The notes below the pieces were generated by a model. The model saw only the letters and a list, made by a program, of their open reading frames with translations. It was not told where the DNA came from and ran no database searches. A program made the position numbers and the translations under genes. From Chitinophaga pinensis (lineage in GTDB: Bacteria > Bacteroidota > Bacteroidia > Chitinophagales > Chitinophagaceae): DNA of 64,000 nucleotides. Position 1 is the stretch's first letter. Every line of letters starts with the position of its first letter. This document shows positions 10,401-19,583 of the stretch, one piece after another. The DNA lies in the NCBI GenBank assembly GCA_943371675.1, contig CALRVT010000009.1:21040-85039 (forward strand). Direction: 5' to 3'.

Positions 10401-13400
10401 CCAGTAATGGATGCAGCAGTGCAATCAGTAATGCGATCGTAGTTACAGTAAATGCAGTACCTGCAATTCCCAATATCACAATTGGTGGACCTACAACTTT
10501 TTGTTTAGGAGGAAGTGTTTTATTAACAGCCACCAATAGTGGCACAGTAACCGGTTATCAATGGTATAATAATAAAGTGATCATTGCTGGTGCAACATCA
10601 GCTACTTATACTGCCACAACAAGTGGGAAGTATACGGTATCCGTAACAAATGCCGCCGGATGTTCCAGTGTTTCTAGTAATCAGGTAAAAGTAACAGTGA
10701 ATGCCAGTCCTGCAACGCCTACTATAGTTGCTGGTGGGCCAATTACTTTCTGTTCAGGTGGAACTGTAGTATTAACTAGCAGCAGTGCAACGGGTAATAC
10801 CTGGTATAAAGACGGTTCAGTAATTCTATTTAAAAATGGCGGACAAACCTATACTGCAAATAGTTCCGGAACTTATACGGTTATTGTAACAAATGCTTCC
10901 GGTTGTGCAAGTAATCCTTCAACAGGAATATTAGTAACAGTGAATAGTTTGCCTTCCAAACCAGTCATTACCACATCAGATGCTACTACTATTTGTTCTC
11001 CCGGACAGGCTATTTTGAACAGTTCATCTGCTATTGGAAATCAATGGTATAAAGATGCGGTGATCATTCCAGGAGCAAACGCACAAAATTATACTGCTAC
11101 AACTACCGGTAATTATACAGTAGTAGTTACGAATGGATCTGGTTGTGCAAGTGCAGTTAGTGATGGCATAGCAATTTCAGTGAATACAGGATCACAGATA
11201 CCTATCATCTATAATTTATCTACCACCACTTTCTGTCAGGGAGGAAGTGTTAACCTGCTCAGTAGTTCTTCTTCAACAGGAACCAATCAATGGCAACTAA
11301 ATGGTATTAATATTCCTGGAGCAACTTCAAATATTTACACGGCAACTACTGCAGGTGTTTATACTGTTCAAGCAACAAATGCGGCTGCTTGTGTGAACGG
11401 AACCAGTGCCGGCACTACGGTAACAGTTAACCCGATTCCAACAGTAGCCGCTATCACAGGTAACAATAATGTATGTAGAAATGCAACCACCACATTAAGT
11501 AATGCAACTGCCGGTGGTGTATGGAGTAGTAATAATGATGCTACGGCTACCATAAGTGTTGCAGGTTTGGTTACAGGAGTTGCCAATGGAACAGCGATAA
11601 TCTCTTATGATATTACCAGTTTAGGTTGTGCGAATTCTACTAGTTTCACCATGACCGTAAATCCACTACCTACAGTAGAAGATATTTCCGGCCCAACGGA
11701 GGTTTGTGTAAATAGTACAATCGCTTTAAGTTCAGCAACTACAAGTGGTGTTTGGAGCAGTAGTAATAACGGTATTGCAACAATCAATGCTACTTCAGGT
11801 GTAGTAACAGGTGTTGCATCGGGTACGGCAACACTTACGTATACGGTTACAAATGCTTCAGGTTGTTCGAGGGCAGCAACTTGGGACATCTCAGTATATG
11901 GCATTCCTACTGTTGCAGCTATTACAGCTTCCAATGCGCTTTGCGAAAATGGATCTGCAATATTTAGTAATGCCACAGCAGGTGGTGTGTGGAGTAGTGA
12001 TAATACATCGATTGTTGAGATCAACACGGTTGGATTAGGAACAGGTATCGCTACAGGAACAACAACGATCAGGTATACAATTACCAACAGTAATAATTGC
12101 AGTAATGCAGCCACACTTAATGTTACCGTATTTGCATTACCAACAGTTGGGGCTATTACCGGCAACAACAGTGTTTGTTTGGGAAGTACTTCTACTTTGG
12201 CAAACAATACGGCCGGTGGTGTTTGGAGCAGTGATAATATTGCGGTAGCAACAGTTAGTGCAACCGGAATTGTTACGGGTGTTGCTGCCGGATCAGCAAA
12301 TATCATTTATACAGTCACTAATGTTAATGGTTGTCAGGCAACAGCCAGAATTTCATTTATTGTTTACAATATTCCTTCCACTCCTGTAATTACTGCCGGT
12401 GGTGCCACCAGCTTTTGTGCAGGTGATTCCGTAATTCTAACCAGCACATCTGCCAAAACCTATCAATGGTATTTAAACGGAAGTGCTATTAGCGGTGCTA
12501 CAGGACAATACATTACAGTAATCCAGAATGGAAACTACACAGTTCAAACGGGTAATAATAAAGGTTGCACAAGTTCATTGAGTAATACAATTGCTGTAAC
12601 TGTGAATGCGATTCCATCAACACCTGTAATCAGCGCAGGTGGGCCAACCAGTTTTTGTTCGGGAGGATCTGTGGTGCTAACAAGTACAGCAGGTTCAACG
12701 TATCAATGGTACAGAAATAGTGTACCCATTATAAGTGCCAATTCATCTACCTATACAGCAACATCCGGTGGATTGTATACTGTCCTCACAACAAATGTTT
12801 CAGGTTGTAAAAGCGTTGAAAGTAATCCGGTAAATGTAACGGTGAATGCTAACCCTTCAAAACCACTTATCAATGCAAATGATCCTTTAGGTTTCTGTAT
12901 TGGAGGTAGTGTTTTATTGACCACCAATAATCTAACGGGCAATCAATGGTATAATAATGGCATAGCCATTGTTGGTGCAACAGCGCAGACCTATTCAGCA
13001 ACAGTTTTGGGAACATATACCATTATCAGAACAAATACTTCAGGTTGTGCAAGTTTAGCTAGTTCACCAATTACTGTTACCGTAAATAGTTTGCCTGTAA
13101 TACCTGTTATTACAACAAACAGACCACTCACATTCTGTATGGGAGATTCAGTTGTTTTAACAAGCAGTAGCGCCTTAAATAATCAGTGGTATAAAAACAA
13201 TAAGGCCATTCTTTTTGCTACTTCTCAAACCTATACTGCATATGTAGGCGGAAATTATTCAGTGATGGTAACCAATGCAAGCGGATGTTCATCGTCCAGT
13301 ACGAAAACATCGGTTACGGTAAATTCAAATCCCAATATTTCAACCATCACAGGAGATCTAAATGTATGTACAGGTGGAACCACCCAGTTGTCCAATGCAG

Positions 13401-16400
13401 CTGCTGGTGGTGTATGGAGTAGTAGTAACACAAATGCGGCAACCATTAATGCAGCAGGACTGGTTACTGGAGCTGCTGCCGGAGTTTCTTCGATCAACTA
13501 TAGGATTACCGGCAGCAATGGTTGTATATCCAATGTTTCAAGACCAATGGTTGTAGTGGCTACACCATCCCAACCTACGGTAACAGCAGATGGACCAACT
13601 ACTTTCTGTTTTGGTGCACATGTATATCTTTCCAGTAATTCATCGAATGGTAATCAATGGTACAGAAATAATATCTTGATGGTTGGTGAAACAGACCAGC
13701 AGCTTTATGTAAATATTAGTGGTTCCTATTCAGTAACAGTAACCGGTGTTACCGGATGTGTAAGCAATGGAACAAGTGTACCTGTATCGGTTACTGTAAA
13801 TACACTACCATTAAAACCAGTGATCAGTGCCTCTGGAAGTTCCGTATTCTGTTCCGGGGATAATGTTCAATTCACCAGTAGTGCAACTTCAGGCAATCAA
13901 TGGTATTATAATGCTTCAACAATTCCAGGCGCAACTGCTGCTACTTATACTGCTTCAAAAACCGGTAATTATGCTGTTCAGGTTACTAATTCTAATGGTT
14001 GTATCAGCCCAATCAGTGACGCGAGTTTCGCCATTTCACTTTCCTTACCTTCCACTCCGATAATCAACACAGATGGTCCGTTAACATTTTGTACAGGTGG
14101 ACAGGTAATATTAACCAGTAGCAGTAGTACAAGTAATCAATGGTACCAGAATGGAATCCCAATCGCTGGCGAAACGAATGCAACTTATACTGCAACAACA
14201 AGTGGTATCTATACTGTAGTGGTAACTTCTTCCAATGGCTGCTCAAGTTCACCAAGTTCTGGAGTTACCGTAACTGTAAACAGTTTGCCTCTAATTAATC
14301 CTATCACAGGTTCTACTTCAACATGTACAAATACGAATACTACCTTCAGCAATACAACAGTAGGTGGCATTTGGAGCAGCAGTAATGATGCTATCGCGAC
14401 TGTAGATCAATTAACAGGGTTAGTAACAGGTGTAAGTTTTGGCACTGCATCTATTATCTATACGGTTACTAATATAAATAGTTGTTCAGATCAAGTAAGT
14501 AAGATAATTGTTATCAATCCGCTGCCCTCTAAACCAATTATCAGCACTAGCGGTAATAATAGTTTTTGTTCTGGAGGATCTGTTACGCTAACTAGTAATT
14601 ATGGATCTAGTTATCAATGGTATAAGGACGGCGCAGTTATTACCGGAGCAACTAATCGTAGTTATATTGCTAGTAACACTGGAAATTATTCAGTTACAAC
14701 TACAAATATCACAAGTTGTAACAGCAGTATGAGTGATGGCATTCAGGTAATAGTGAATCCAATTCCAGGAACACCAGTTATTACTCCTACAGGTTCAAAC
14801 AATATTTGTAAAGGCACATCTATTAGTCTAAGCAGTAGTGCAACATCCGGAAACCAATGGTACATGGATGGTGTTTTAATTAATGGCGCAACTGATCAGA
14901 AATTGATTGTAAATGTTGCAGGCATATATACAGTTACCACCACTAGTGCCAGTGGCTGTACTAGTTCAGCGAGCGTAGGTACTACTGTGCTTGTAAATTC
15001 ACTTCCAACAGTTTCTTCCATTACAGGATCAAGATCTGTTTGCACGGGCAATACGAGTACTTTATCAAATACAAGTACCGGTGGTATATGGAGCAGCAGC
15101 AATACTGCTATCGCAACTATTAATAATACAACCGGCTTGGTTACCGGCATAAGTGCAGGAATTGTAACCATCAGTTATACTGTAACCAATGCAAGTGGAT
15201 GTTCTACAACAGTGTCAACTTTATTCAAAGTAAGTGCTACGCCTGAATTAGCCACTATAACTACAAATACACCTGCTTCATTCTGTTCAGGTGGATCTGT
15301 TGACCTCGTCAGCAGTTCATCAACCGGCAATCAATGGTTTCTCAATGGCTCGTCCATTACCGGTGCAACAGGGCAAGTGTTAACTGTGAATGCTTCTGGT
15401 AGTTATACAGTAACTGTAACTAGTGGCAGTGGTTGTATTTCCAATGGAACAAGTGATCCTTCAATAGTTACTGTGTTCTCTTTACCTACTGTTGCTGCCA
15501 TAGCCGGTAATACAACGATTTGTGTGAATAGTTCCACTCAATTAACCAATACTACCAGTGGAGGAGTATGGAGCAGTAGTAATGAAAATATTGCCAGCAT
15601 CAATAGTTCCGGACTTACTACCGGTATTGCTGCAGGTACAGCCACTATTAGTTATACGGTTACAAACAGCAATGGTTGTGCAGTTACAGTTAATACAATA
15701 GTTACCGTAAATTCCTTACCTACTCAGCCAACTATTTCAGCAGGGGGAGCTACAGTATTTTGCTTTGGAAATTCAGTAATATTAACAAGTACCGCAGGTT
15801 CAACTTATCAATGGTATAAAAACGGATCCATTATTTCAGGTGCAAATTCTATTACCTATTCTGCCACAGGTTCAGGAAATTATACTGTTATTGTTGGAAA
15901 TAATAATGCATGTACAAGTTCAGCTAGTAATGGAATAACAATTACTGTTTACGATCTTCCTGCTACTCCGGTGATCTCAACAAGTGGTCCAACTACTTTT
16001 TGTATTGGTAATACCGTAACATTAACAAGTAATGTTGTATCCGGAAACCAATGGTACCTTAATGGAACAGTGATCAATGGAGCAACCGATCAATCATTAA
16101 TTGTAAACGTAGCTGGCAGCTTTACAGTGGTTGCCACCAATAACAACGGATGTAATAGCATAGCAAGTAATCCAACAGTTGTTACTGTAAACAGTTTACC
16201 TACAACACCTGTAATTACTGCTTCAGGACCTTTAACATTTTGTAATGGTGGAAATGTGTTGTTAACCAGTACAGCAAGCCAAACTTACCTATGGTCAAAA
16301 AATAAAAAACCGATAAACAATGAAACCAATCAAACATTAACAGTTACACAAAGTGGCGCTTATTATGTTACGGTGTCTGATGCGAATAATTGTTCAAGTG

Positions 16401-18157
16401 CCAATAGTAATATTATCAATGTATCAGTTAATAGTTTGCCTTTAAAACCTAAACTTGCTACTTCCTATCCTACAACTTTCTGTAATGGCGATAGTGCTGT
16501 ACTTAAAAGTTCAGCAAGAACGGGCAACCAATGGTATAGAAATGGCGCAGTCATTGCAGGTGCAACAGATTCAAAGTATACCGCAAAGGAATCAGGCACT
16601 TATACCGTTACAGTAACCAATTCTAATAATTGTTCCATTAGCAGCAGTTCATCAATAGTGATTACTATAAATGCTTTACCTGTTATACCAGTGATCACAA
16701 CAAATAGCCCTACAACATTCTGTAAAGGAGATAGTGTTTTGCTTTCCAGCAATGTTTCTGGTGGGAATCAATGGTATCTAAATAGTTTTGTAATTCCTGG
16801 TGCAACAGGAAATACCTATTCAGCAAAAAATTCTGGTAACTACACGGTAACCTCATCCAATGCAAGTAAATGTAGGAGTGTAGAATCTGCTGCAACTCTT
16901 GTAACTGTAAATACAGCACCATCTGCCCCTACCATTTCTGCCAGCAGCAATAATATTTTCTGTTCAGGAGGAACCGTAAATCTTAGTAGTTCTCCGGGGT
17001 CTACTTACCAATGGTATAAAGGTGGAACACCTATAAGTGGTGCTACCGCTCAAACATATACTGCAGCAAATACAGGCATTTACAATGTAGCTATTACCAA
17101 TTTAAACGGCTGCAGCATAACGAGTTCTTTTGGTAACCTTGTTTATGCCATTCCTTTACCGGATGGCAATATCCTTGGAAATCCAATCCAATATGTATGT
17201 ACGAATGGTACAATTTCATTGGAGGCAGTTGGTGGGTATACTTATAAATGGTTTAAAGATGGCGTTCAAATTGCTGGAGTAAATGCAGGATCACTTATTG
17301 TGAACAGCGAAGGCATCTATTCCGTTGTATTAGTGAATTTCTTTGGATGCGAATCAACAGTAGCCAAGAAGATTCAGGTTATTCGAATTCAGAAACCAAC
17401 TGTAGATTACACTTTTGATAGTTACTGTACCAATAGAATCGTTAACTTCCAAAGCACTTCAAATGTGGCTGGGTCTGGCCCGGTATTTTATACCTGGACA
17501 GATGGCGTTTTGATCAATAAATTTTCAAGCTCTTCTCCTTCTTATGTATTCACAAAAGCTGGCACCTACAATGTTAAACTGATCGTTACGCCTTATTTCT
17601 GCCCGATATCTTCAGATAGCATTACAAAAACCATCAAAGTGGAGGATGCAACATCCGGAATTCGTATGGCTCCTGTTGATGTGGCGTACAACGATGCTGT
17701 TCAGTTACAAGCCAGAACTTTTGGCAATAATTATTCCTGGAGTCCGATCACCTTCCTGAATAATCCATCGATCGCCAATCCGATCATCGCAGCAAATACG
17801 CAAACAGAATATAAGATCACTATTGGTGTGCCTTCCGGTTGCTCAACAGTAGATACACTTTTAGTAAGGTTGCACGATGGCAATAAGATCTATCTGCCAA
17901 CCGTATTCACACCAAATGGAGATGGTTTGAATGATAAGCTGTATCTGAATTATGTTGGCATAAAACAACTGAAAGTTTTCCGCATCTATAATCGCTGGGG
18001 TAAACTGATGTTCGAGACAACCAATATGAGTGATGGTTGGGATGGAACAGTATACAGTGTTCCGCAGCCAATGGATTCTTATACTATTGTTATAGAAGCT
18101 ATAGATAAAAACGGGCAGTTATTCCGTAAACAAGGAACAATCACTTTATTAAGATAA
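7460..18157 (+). CDS. Giant modular cell-surface adhesin: choice-of-anchor-A-like N-domain, 37 Ig-like modules, PKD-like domain, T9SS type-B sorting domain
   Basis: The ORF runs 7442..18157 from a TTG, and ATG 7460 gives the signal peptide MGTHAFFLKTKVLRSLLFTVALINFCSVTLAQSP. The N-domain carries FNVFV..GPIALGGDLTLNG...GTIFAPFADIT. There are 12 BIG2-like modules (GGxWSSSNxxIATV) and 25 two-Cys modules (FCxGGSVxLTS..GNQWYxNG..GAT..TYTA..SGxYTV..GCxS). The C-terminus has the YLPTVFTPNGDGLNDKL motif. Confidence 0.9.
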   Translation: MGTHAFFLKTKVLRSLLFTVALINFCSVTLAQSPLTPSRGFNVFVRNGARVSGSEVQGPIALGGDLTLNGQITVASQNAGTFKSGNTTIGLLIGGKVIYQSGNSMNVNSNAYVKIGDCTGSKIWYQDNNGASSNIQITSGQYNASPRINLQTNASNLGVSESVNPVCEGNLIDFTAAFNQLKNNSTSLSACTNTLQLTEPNGNPIYDYSNLTNQVRCTLSVGNNILNITGNSLNNIQQFKFEGSRPDANHYLIINIDAKGDFTFEGIKSSELGSGEGAYILYNFYNTTKLTINAKDQVPGTIFAPFADITKSDNRNLIGQVIGQSFNMTDGLVQFALFTANVPGCGGCILPVVPPIIGNSAVCKSETTILSNTSEGGTWSSADSSIATVDNTGKVKGINPGTTQIKYTVTNACGSTVVTHTITVNSAPTKPVINALSSTDFCEGGSVILSSSSSDFNQWYKDGNKISGAINQTYTATLAARYSLVVSNIFGCGSVPANSVYVTTTQSPSKPLISARSSTSLCPDEDVQLFILESESNNDYNYNDNYDHDHNYFEYQWYKDGVALPGETDNSITVSAAGSYTAIVTNSEGCNSVASEPIIVTVNTLTLGTITGGSQFCVGSTLSLSNSSSGGTWSSSNLSVATVDANTGIVTGVSEGLADIIYSISNGGCSNSTSKTILVNGLPIVNDIVGLSNVCINNTTNLKNSTAGGVWSSSNTSIATVSAAGKVTGIAIGTAIIRYTVTNENSCSAIAVQNMTVNDVPTVNPNTVPQNQVCVNNNITLTNSTPGGTWSSSNTNIATVNANGVVTGVKAGTVTIKYTVTNNAGCSNDASSSITVNAEPLVPVISYTTPTTFCQGGSVLLTSSVATGNRWYKDGVYITTGNGSQTYTATTSGSYSVSAVSVTGCEGQQSQGTIVTVNPLPESPFISAGSATSFCNNGTTVVLTSSNPSGNQWYKNGISIKGATSKTYTASTSGTYTAVATSNGCSSAISNAIVVTVNAVPAIPNITIGGPTTFCLGGSVLLTATNSGTVTGYQWYNNKVIIAGATSATYTATTSGKYTVSVTNAAGCSSVSSNQVKVTVNASPATPTIVAGGPITFCSGGTVVLTSSSATGNTWYKDGSVILFKNGGQTYTANSSGTYTVIVTNASGCASNPSTGILVTVNSLPSKPVITTSDATTICSPGQAILNSSSAIGNQWYKDAVIIPGANAQNYTATTTGNYTVVVTNGSGCASAVSDGIAISVNTGSQIPIIYNLSTTTFCQGGSVNLLSSSSSTGTNQWQLNGINIPGATSNIYTATTAGVYTVQATNAAACVNGTSAGTTVTVNPIPTVAAITGNNNVCRNATTTLSNATAGGVWSSNNDATATISVAGLVTGVANGTAIISYDITSLGCANSTSFTMTVNPLPTVEDISGPTEVCVNSTIALSSATTSGVWSSSNNGIATINATSGVVTGVASGTATLTYTVTNASGCSRAATWDISVYGIPTVAAITASNALCENGSAIFSNATAGGVWSSDNTSIVEINTVGLGTGIATGTTTIRYTITNSNNCSNAATLNVTVFALPTVGAITGNNSVCLGSTSTLANNTAGGVWSSDNIAVATVSATGIVTGVAAGSANIIYTVTNVNGCQATARISFIVYNIPSTPVITAGGATSFCAGDSVILTSTSAKTYQWYLNGSAISGATGQYITVIQNGNYTVQTGNNKGCTSSLSNTIAVTVNAIPSTPVISAGGPTSFCSGGSVVLTSTAGSTYQWYRNSVPIISANSSTYTATSGGLYTVLTTNVSGCKSVESNPVNVTVNANPSKPLINANDPLGFCIGGSVLLTTNNLTGNQWYNNGIAIVGATAQTYSATVLGTYTIIRTNTSGCASLASSPITVTVNSLPVIPVITTNRPLTFCMGDSVVLTSSSALNNQWYKNNKAILFATSQTYTAYVGGNYSVMVTNASGCSSSSTKTSVTVNSNPNISTITGDLNVCTGGTTQLSNAAAGGVWSSSNTNAATINAAGLVTGAAAGVSSINYRITGSNGCISNVSRPMVVVATPSQPTVTADGPTTFCFGAHVYLSSNSSNGNQWYRNNILMVGETDQQLYVNISGSYSVTVTGVTGCVSNGTSVPVSVTVNTLPLKPVISASGSSVFCSGDNVQFTSSATSGNQWYYNASTIPGATAATYTASKTGNYAVQVTNSNGCISPISDASFAISLSLPSTPIINTDGPLTFCTGGQVILTSSSSTSNQWYQNGIPIAGETNATYTATTSGIYTVVVTSSNGCSSSPSSGVTVTVNSLPLINPITGSTSTCTNTNTTFSNTTVGGIWSSSNDAIATVDQLTGLVTGVSFGTASIIYTVTNINSCSDQVSKIIVINPLPSKPIISTSGNNSFCSGGSVTLTSNYGSSYQWYKDGAVITGATNRSYIASNTGNYSVTTTNITSCNSSMSDGIQVIVNPIPGTPVITPTGSNNICKGTSISLSSSATSGNQWYMDGVLINGATDQKLIVNVAGIYTVTTTSASGCTSSASVGTTVLVNSLPTVSSITGSRSVCTGNTSTLSNTSTGGIWSSSNTAIATINNTTGLVTGISAGIVTISYTVTNASGCSTTVSTLFKVSATPELATITTNTPASFCSGGSVDLVSSSSTGNQWFLNGSSITGATGQVLTVNASGSYTVTVTSGSGCISNGTSDPSIVTVFSLPTVAAIAGNTTICVNSSTQLTNTTSGGVWSSSNENIASINSSGLTTGIAAGTATISYTVTNSNGCAVTVNTIVTVNSLPTQPTISAGGATVFCFGNSVILTSTAGSTYQWYKNGSIISGANSITYSATGSGNYTVIVGNNNACTSSASNGITITVYDLPATPVISTSGPTTFCIGNTVTLTSNVVSGNQWYLNGTVINGATDQSLIVNVAGSFTVVATNNNGCNSIASNPTVVTVNSLPTTPVITASGPLTFCNGGNVLLTSTASQTYLWSKNKKPINNETNQTLTVTQSGAYYVTVSDANNCSSANSNIINVSVNSLPLKPKLATSYPTTFCNGDSAVLKSSARTGNQWYRNGAVIAGATDSKYTAKESGTYTVTVTNSNNCSISSSSSIVITINALPVIPVITTNSPTTFCKGDSVLLSSNVSGGNQWYLNSFVIPGATGNTYSAKNSGNYTVTSSNASKCRSVESAATLVTVNTAPSAPTISASSNNIFCSGGTVNLSSSPGSTYQWYKGGTPISGATAQTYTAANTGIYNVAITNLNGCSITSSFGNLVYAIPLPDGNILGNPIQYVCTNGTISLEAVGGYTYKWFKDGVQIAGVNAGSLIVNSEGIYSVVLVNFFGCESTVAKKIQVIRIQKPTVDYTFDSYCTNRIVNFQSTSNVAGSGPVFYTWTDGVLINKFSSSSPSYVFTKAGTYNVKLIVTPYFCPISSDSITKTIKVEDATSGIRMAPVDVAYNDAVQLQARTFGNNYSWSPITFLNNPSIANPIIAANTQTEYKITIGVPSGCSTVDTLLVRLHDGNKIYLPTVFTPNGDGLNDKLYLNYVGIKQLKVFRIYNRWGKLMFETTNMSDGWDGTVYSVPQPMDSYTIVIEAIDKNGQLFRKQGTITLLR
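8503..17395 (+). repeat. In-frame tandem coding repeats (~225-240 bp each) of two Ig-like module types
   Basis: The motif aatcaatggta (NQWY) recurs about 25 times and ggtggtgt(n)tggagyagy (GGVWSS) about 12 times at regular spacing. The modules are diverged at DNA level and are not recent duplicates. Confidence 0.8.
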
Positions 18158-18183
18158 CTGAATTAATTACTGAGATAAAACAA

Positions 18184-19224
18184 ATGCATATGCATAAAAT
18201 AATATACATTCTATTGGGATCTTGCTTATTCACAAACACATTGTTAAATGCCCAGGACCCGAATTTTTCGCAATATTTTGCTTCTCCAATGACGGTTAAT
18301 CCTGCATTAGTGGGCAAGGGAGTTGCAGACTGGAGGGCAATTGCACAATATCGGAATCAATGGTATGGCAATACAGGAGCCATGCCGTATACTACATCTG
18401 CCTTTTCATTGGAAAAAAGACTCAAGACTGCCAATACCTCCAATGACCAACTGGCTATTGGATTGTTATTGCTGAATGATGCATCCAATGGTGGACTTTT
18501 AAAGAATAATTATATTTCGGCAGGTCTTGCTTATAACAATGCACTTGACCGTGAAGGAAATCTTTTGTTTGGGGGTGGCATTTCCATTAATTATCATACC
18601 CGATTACTAGACCAGTCAAAATTTGTTTTTCAATCACAATTTGGAACTGGTGGCTATATACCCGGTGTTGGTTTAACCGACGGCGTTAATATTGCCAACA
18701 ATAGTTACTTGGATATCAATGCAGGATTACATATTAGTGAAAGAAAAAAGACCTATGGTTATACAATAGGTGCCAGTTATTTCCATGCAGCCAATCCAAA
18801 AGATGGTGCCTATATCAAAGACCAAAATGAAATTTTTCCTCGCATCAGTTTTCAGGGGGGCATACAGTTTTATTCAAAAAATAACAGTGAACTTGATCTT
18901 AGTATGATCACCAATCACCAAAAAACCATTAACGATCTTGTTACCATAGGTGCCCAATACAAGTTTCATATCCCTGATGAAATACTGACTCTAAGGAGTT
19001 TTAATATTGGCGTTTGGCAACATTTTGGGATGTCAACGGCAGTTTATGCGGGACTAGAAACCAGAAGCCAATGGTTATTTGGCATCTCTTACCATTTTAT
19101 TAATTCTGATATCAGTTATGGTTCCAATTCCATGCAAAGCATCGAGTGCAGTTTTGCCTGGCAGTTTGCAGGAAAGAAAAACAAAGTAGCCTTACAGAAT
19201 CTAAAATCTGTGGTGATGTATTAA
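18184..19224 (+). CDS. PorP/SprF-family type IX secretion system membrane protein
   Basis: It has a signal peptide followed by the hallmark QDPNFSQYFASPMTVNPALVG. It is a 346-aa beta-barrel-like protein ending in an aromatic residue. It starts 26 nt after a type-B CTD cargo gene. Confidence 0.85.
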   Translation: MHMHKIIYILLGSCLFTNTLLNAQDPNFSQYFASPMTVNPALVGKGVADWRAIAQYRNQWYGNTGAMPYTTSAFSLEKRLKTANTSNDQLAIGLLLLNDASNGGLLKNNYISAGLAYNNALDREGNLLFGGGISINYHTRLLDQSKFVFQSQFGTGGYIPGVGLTDGVNIANNSYLDINAGLHISERKKTYGYTIGASYFHAANPKDGAYIKDQNEIFPRISFQGGIQFYSKNNSELDLSMITNHQKTINDLVTIGAQYKFHIPDEILTLRSFNIGVWQHFGMSTAVYAGLETRSQWLFGISYHFINSDISYGSNSMQSIECSFAWQFAGKKNKVALQNLKSVVMY

Positions 19225-19583
19225 ATGATTAATATTCAGAAAGCATTTGGAGAATAGATATTTTAGCGTCAATAATATTTGTATTCAAGAGATTAATTTC
19301 TGTATAGTTAGAATATGAATGGTCATTTTTTACTTGTTTCATAGTAAAATACTTATAACTTATTAAATTACAAACGGTTAAATATTTAAATTAATTTATT
19401 AATATTATTCCTTGTTGAGGTTGTTCAACATGTCTTTTTCCTATTTTAGTATAGAATTTAAGATGAAATTTATATGCTAACACAAGGAAATGAATATTAA
19501 AATAGTGCGTAAAATAATGAAACACTATCTTTAAAAGTGTGCAAAACAAATATTACTAAACAGTTCTATACAAATAACATAAC

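Noticed and set aside
8458-15171. Multiple antisense ORFs inside the adhesin gene, for example 11605..12306 (233 aa), 8458..8775 and 14896..15171
   Set aside because: They lie entirely within the long, motif-rich plus-strand ORF. Their translations are low-complexity mirror images of the Thr/Val/Ala-rich repeats. They have no independent start context, so they are artefacts of stop-poor repeat sequence.
8503-17395. Regular ~230-bp periodicity that could superficially suggest a CRISPR-like or satellite array
   Set aside because: The repeats are in-frame protein modules with conserved Cys pairs. They are much longer than CRISPR repeats, have no unique spacers, and no cas genes are present.
19225-19583. 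360-bp AT-rich spacer upstream of the sulfatase gene, inspected for tRNA, riboswitch or small RNA
   Set aside because: I saw no tRNA-like arms, no conserved riboswitch cores and no strong hairpin or terminator. There are only weak 5-8 bp inverted repeats, as expected by chance in AT-rich DNA. It is probably just a promoter region.
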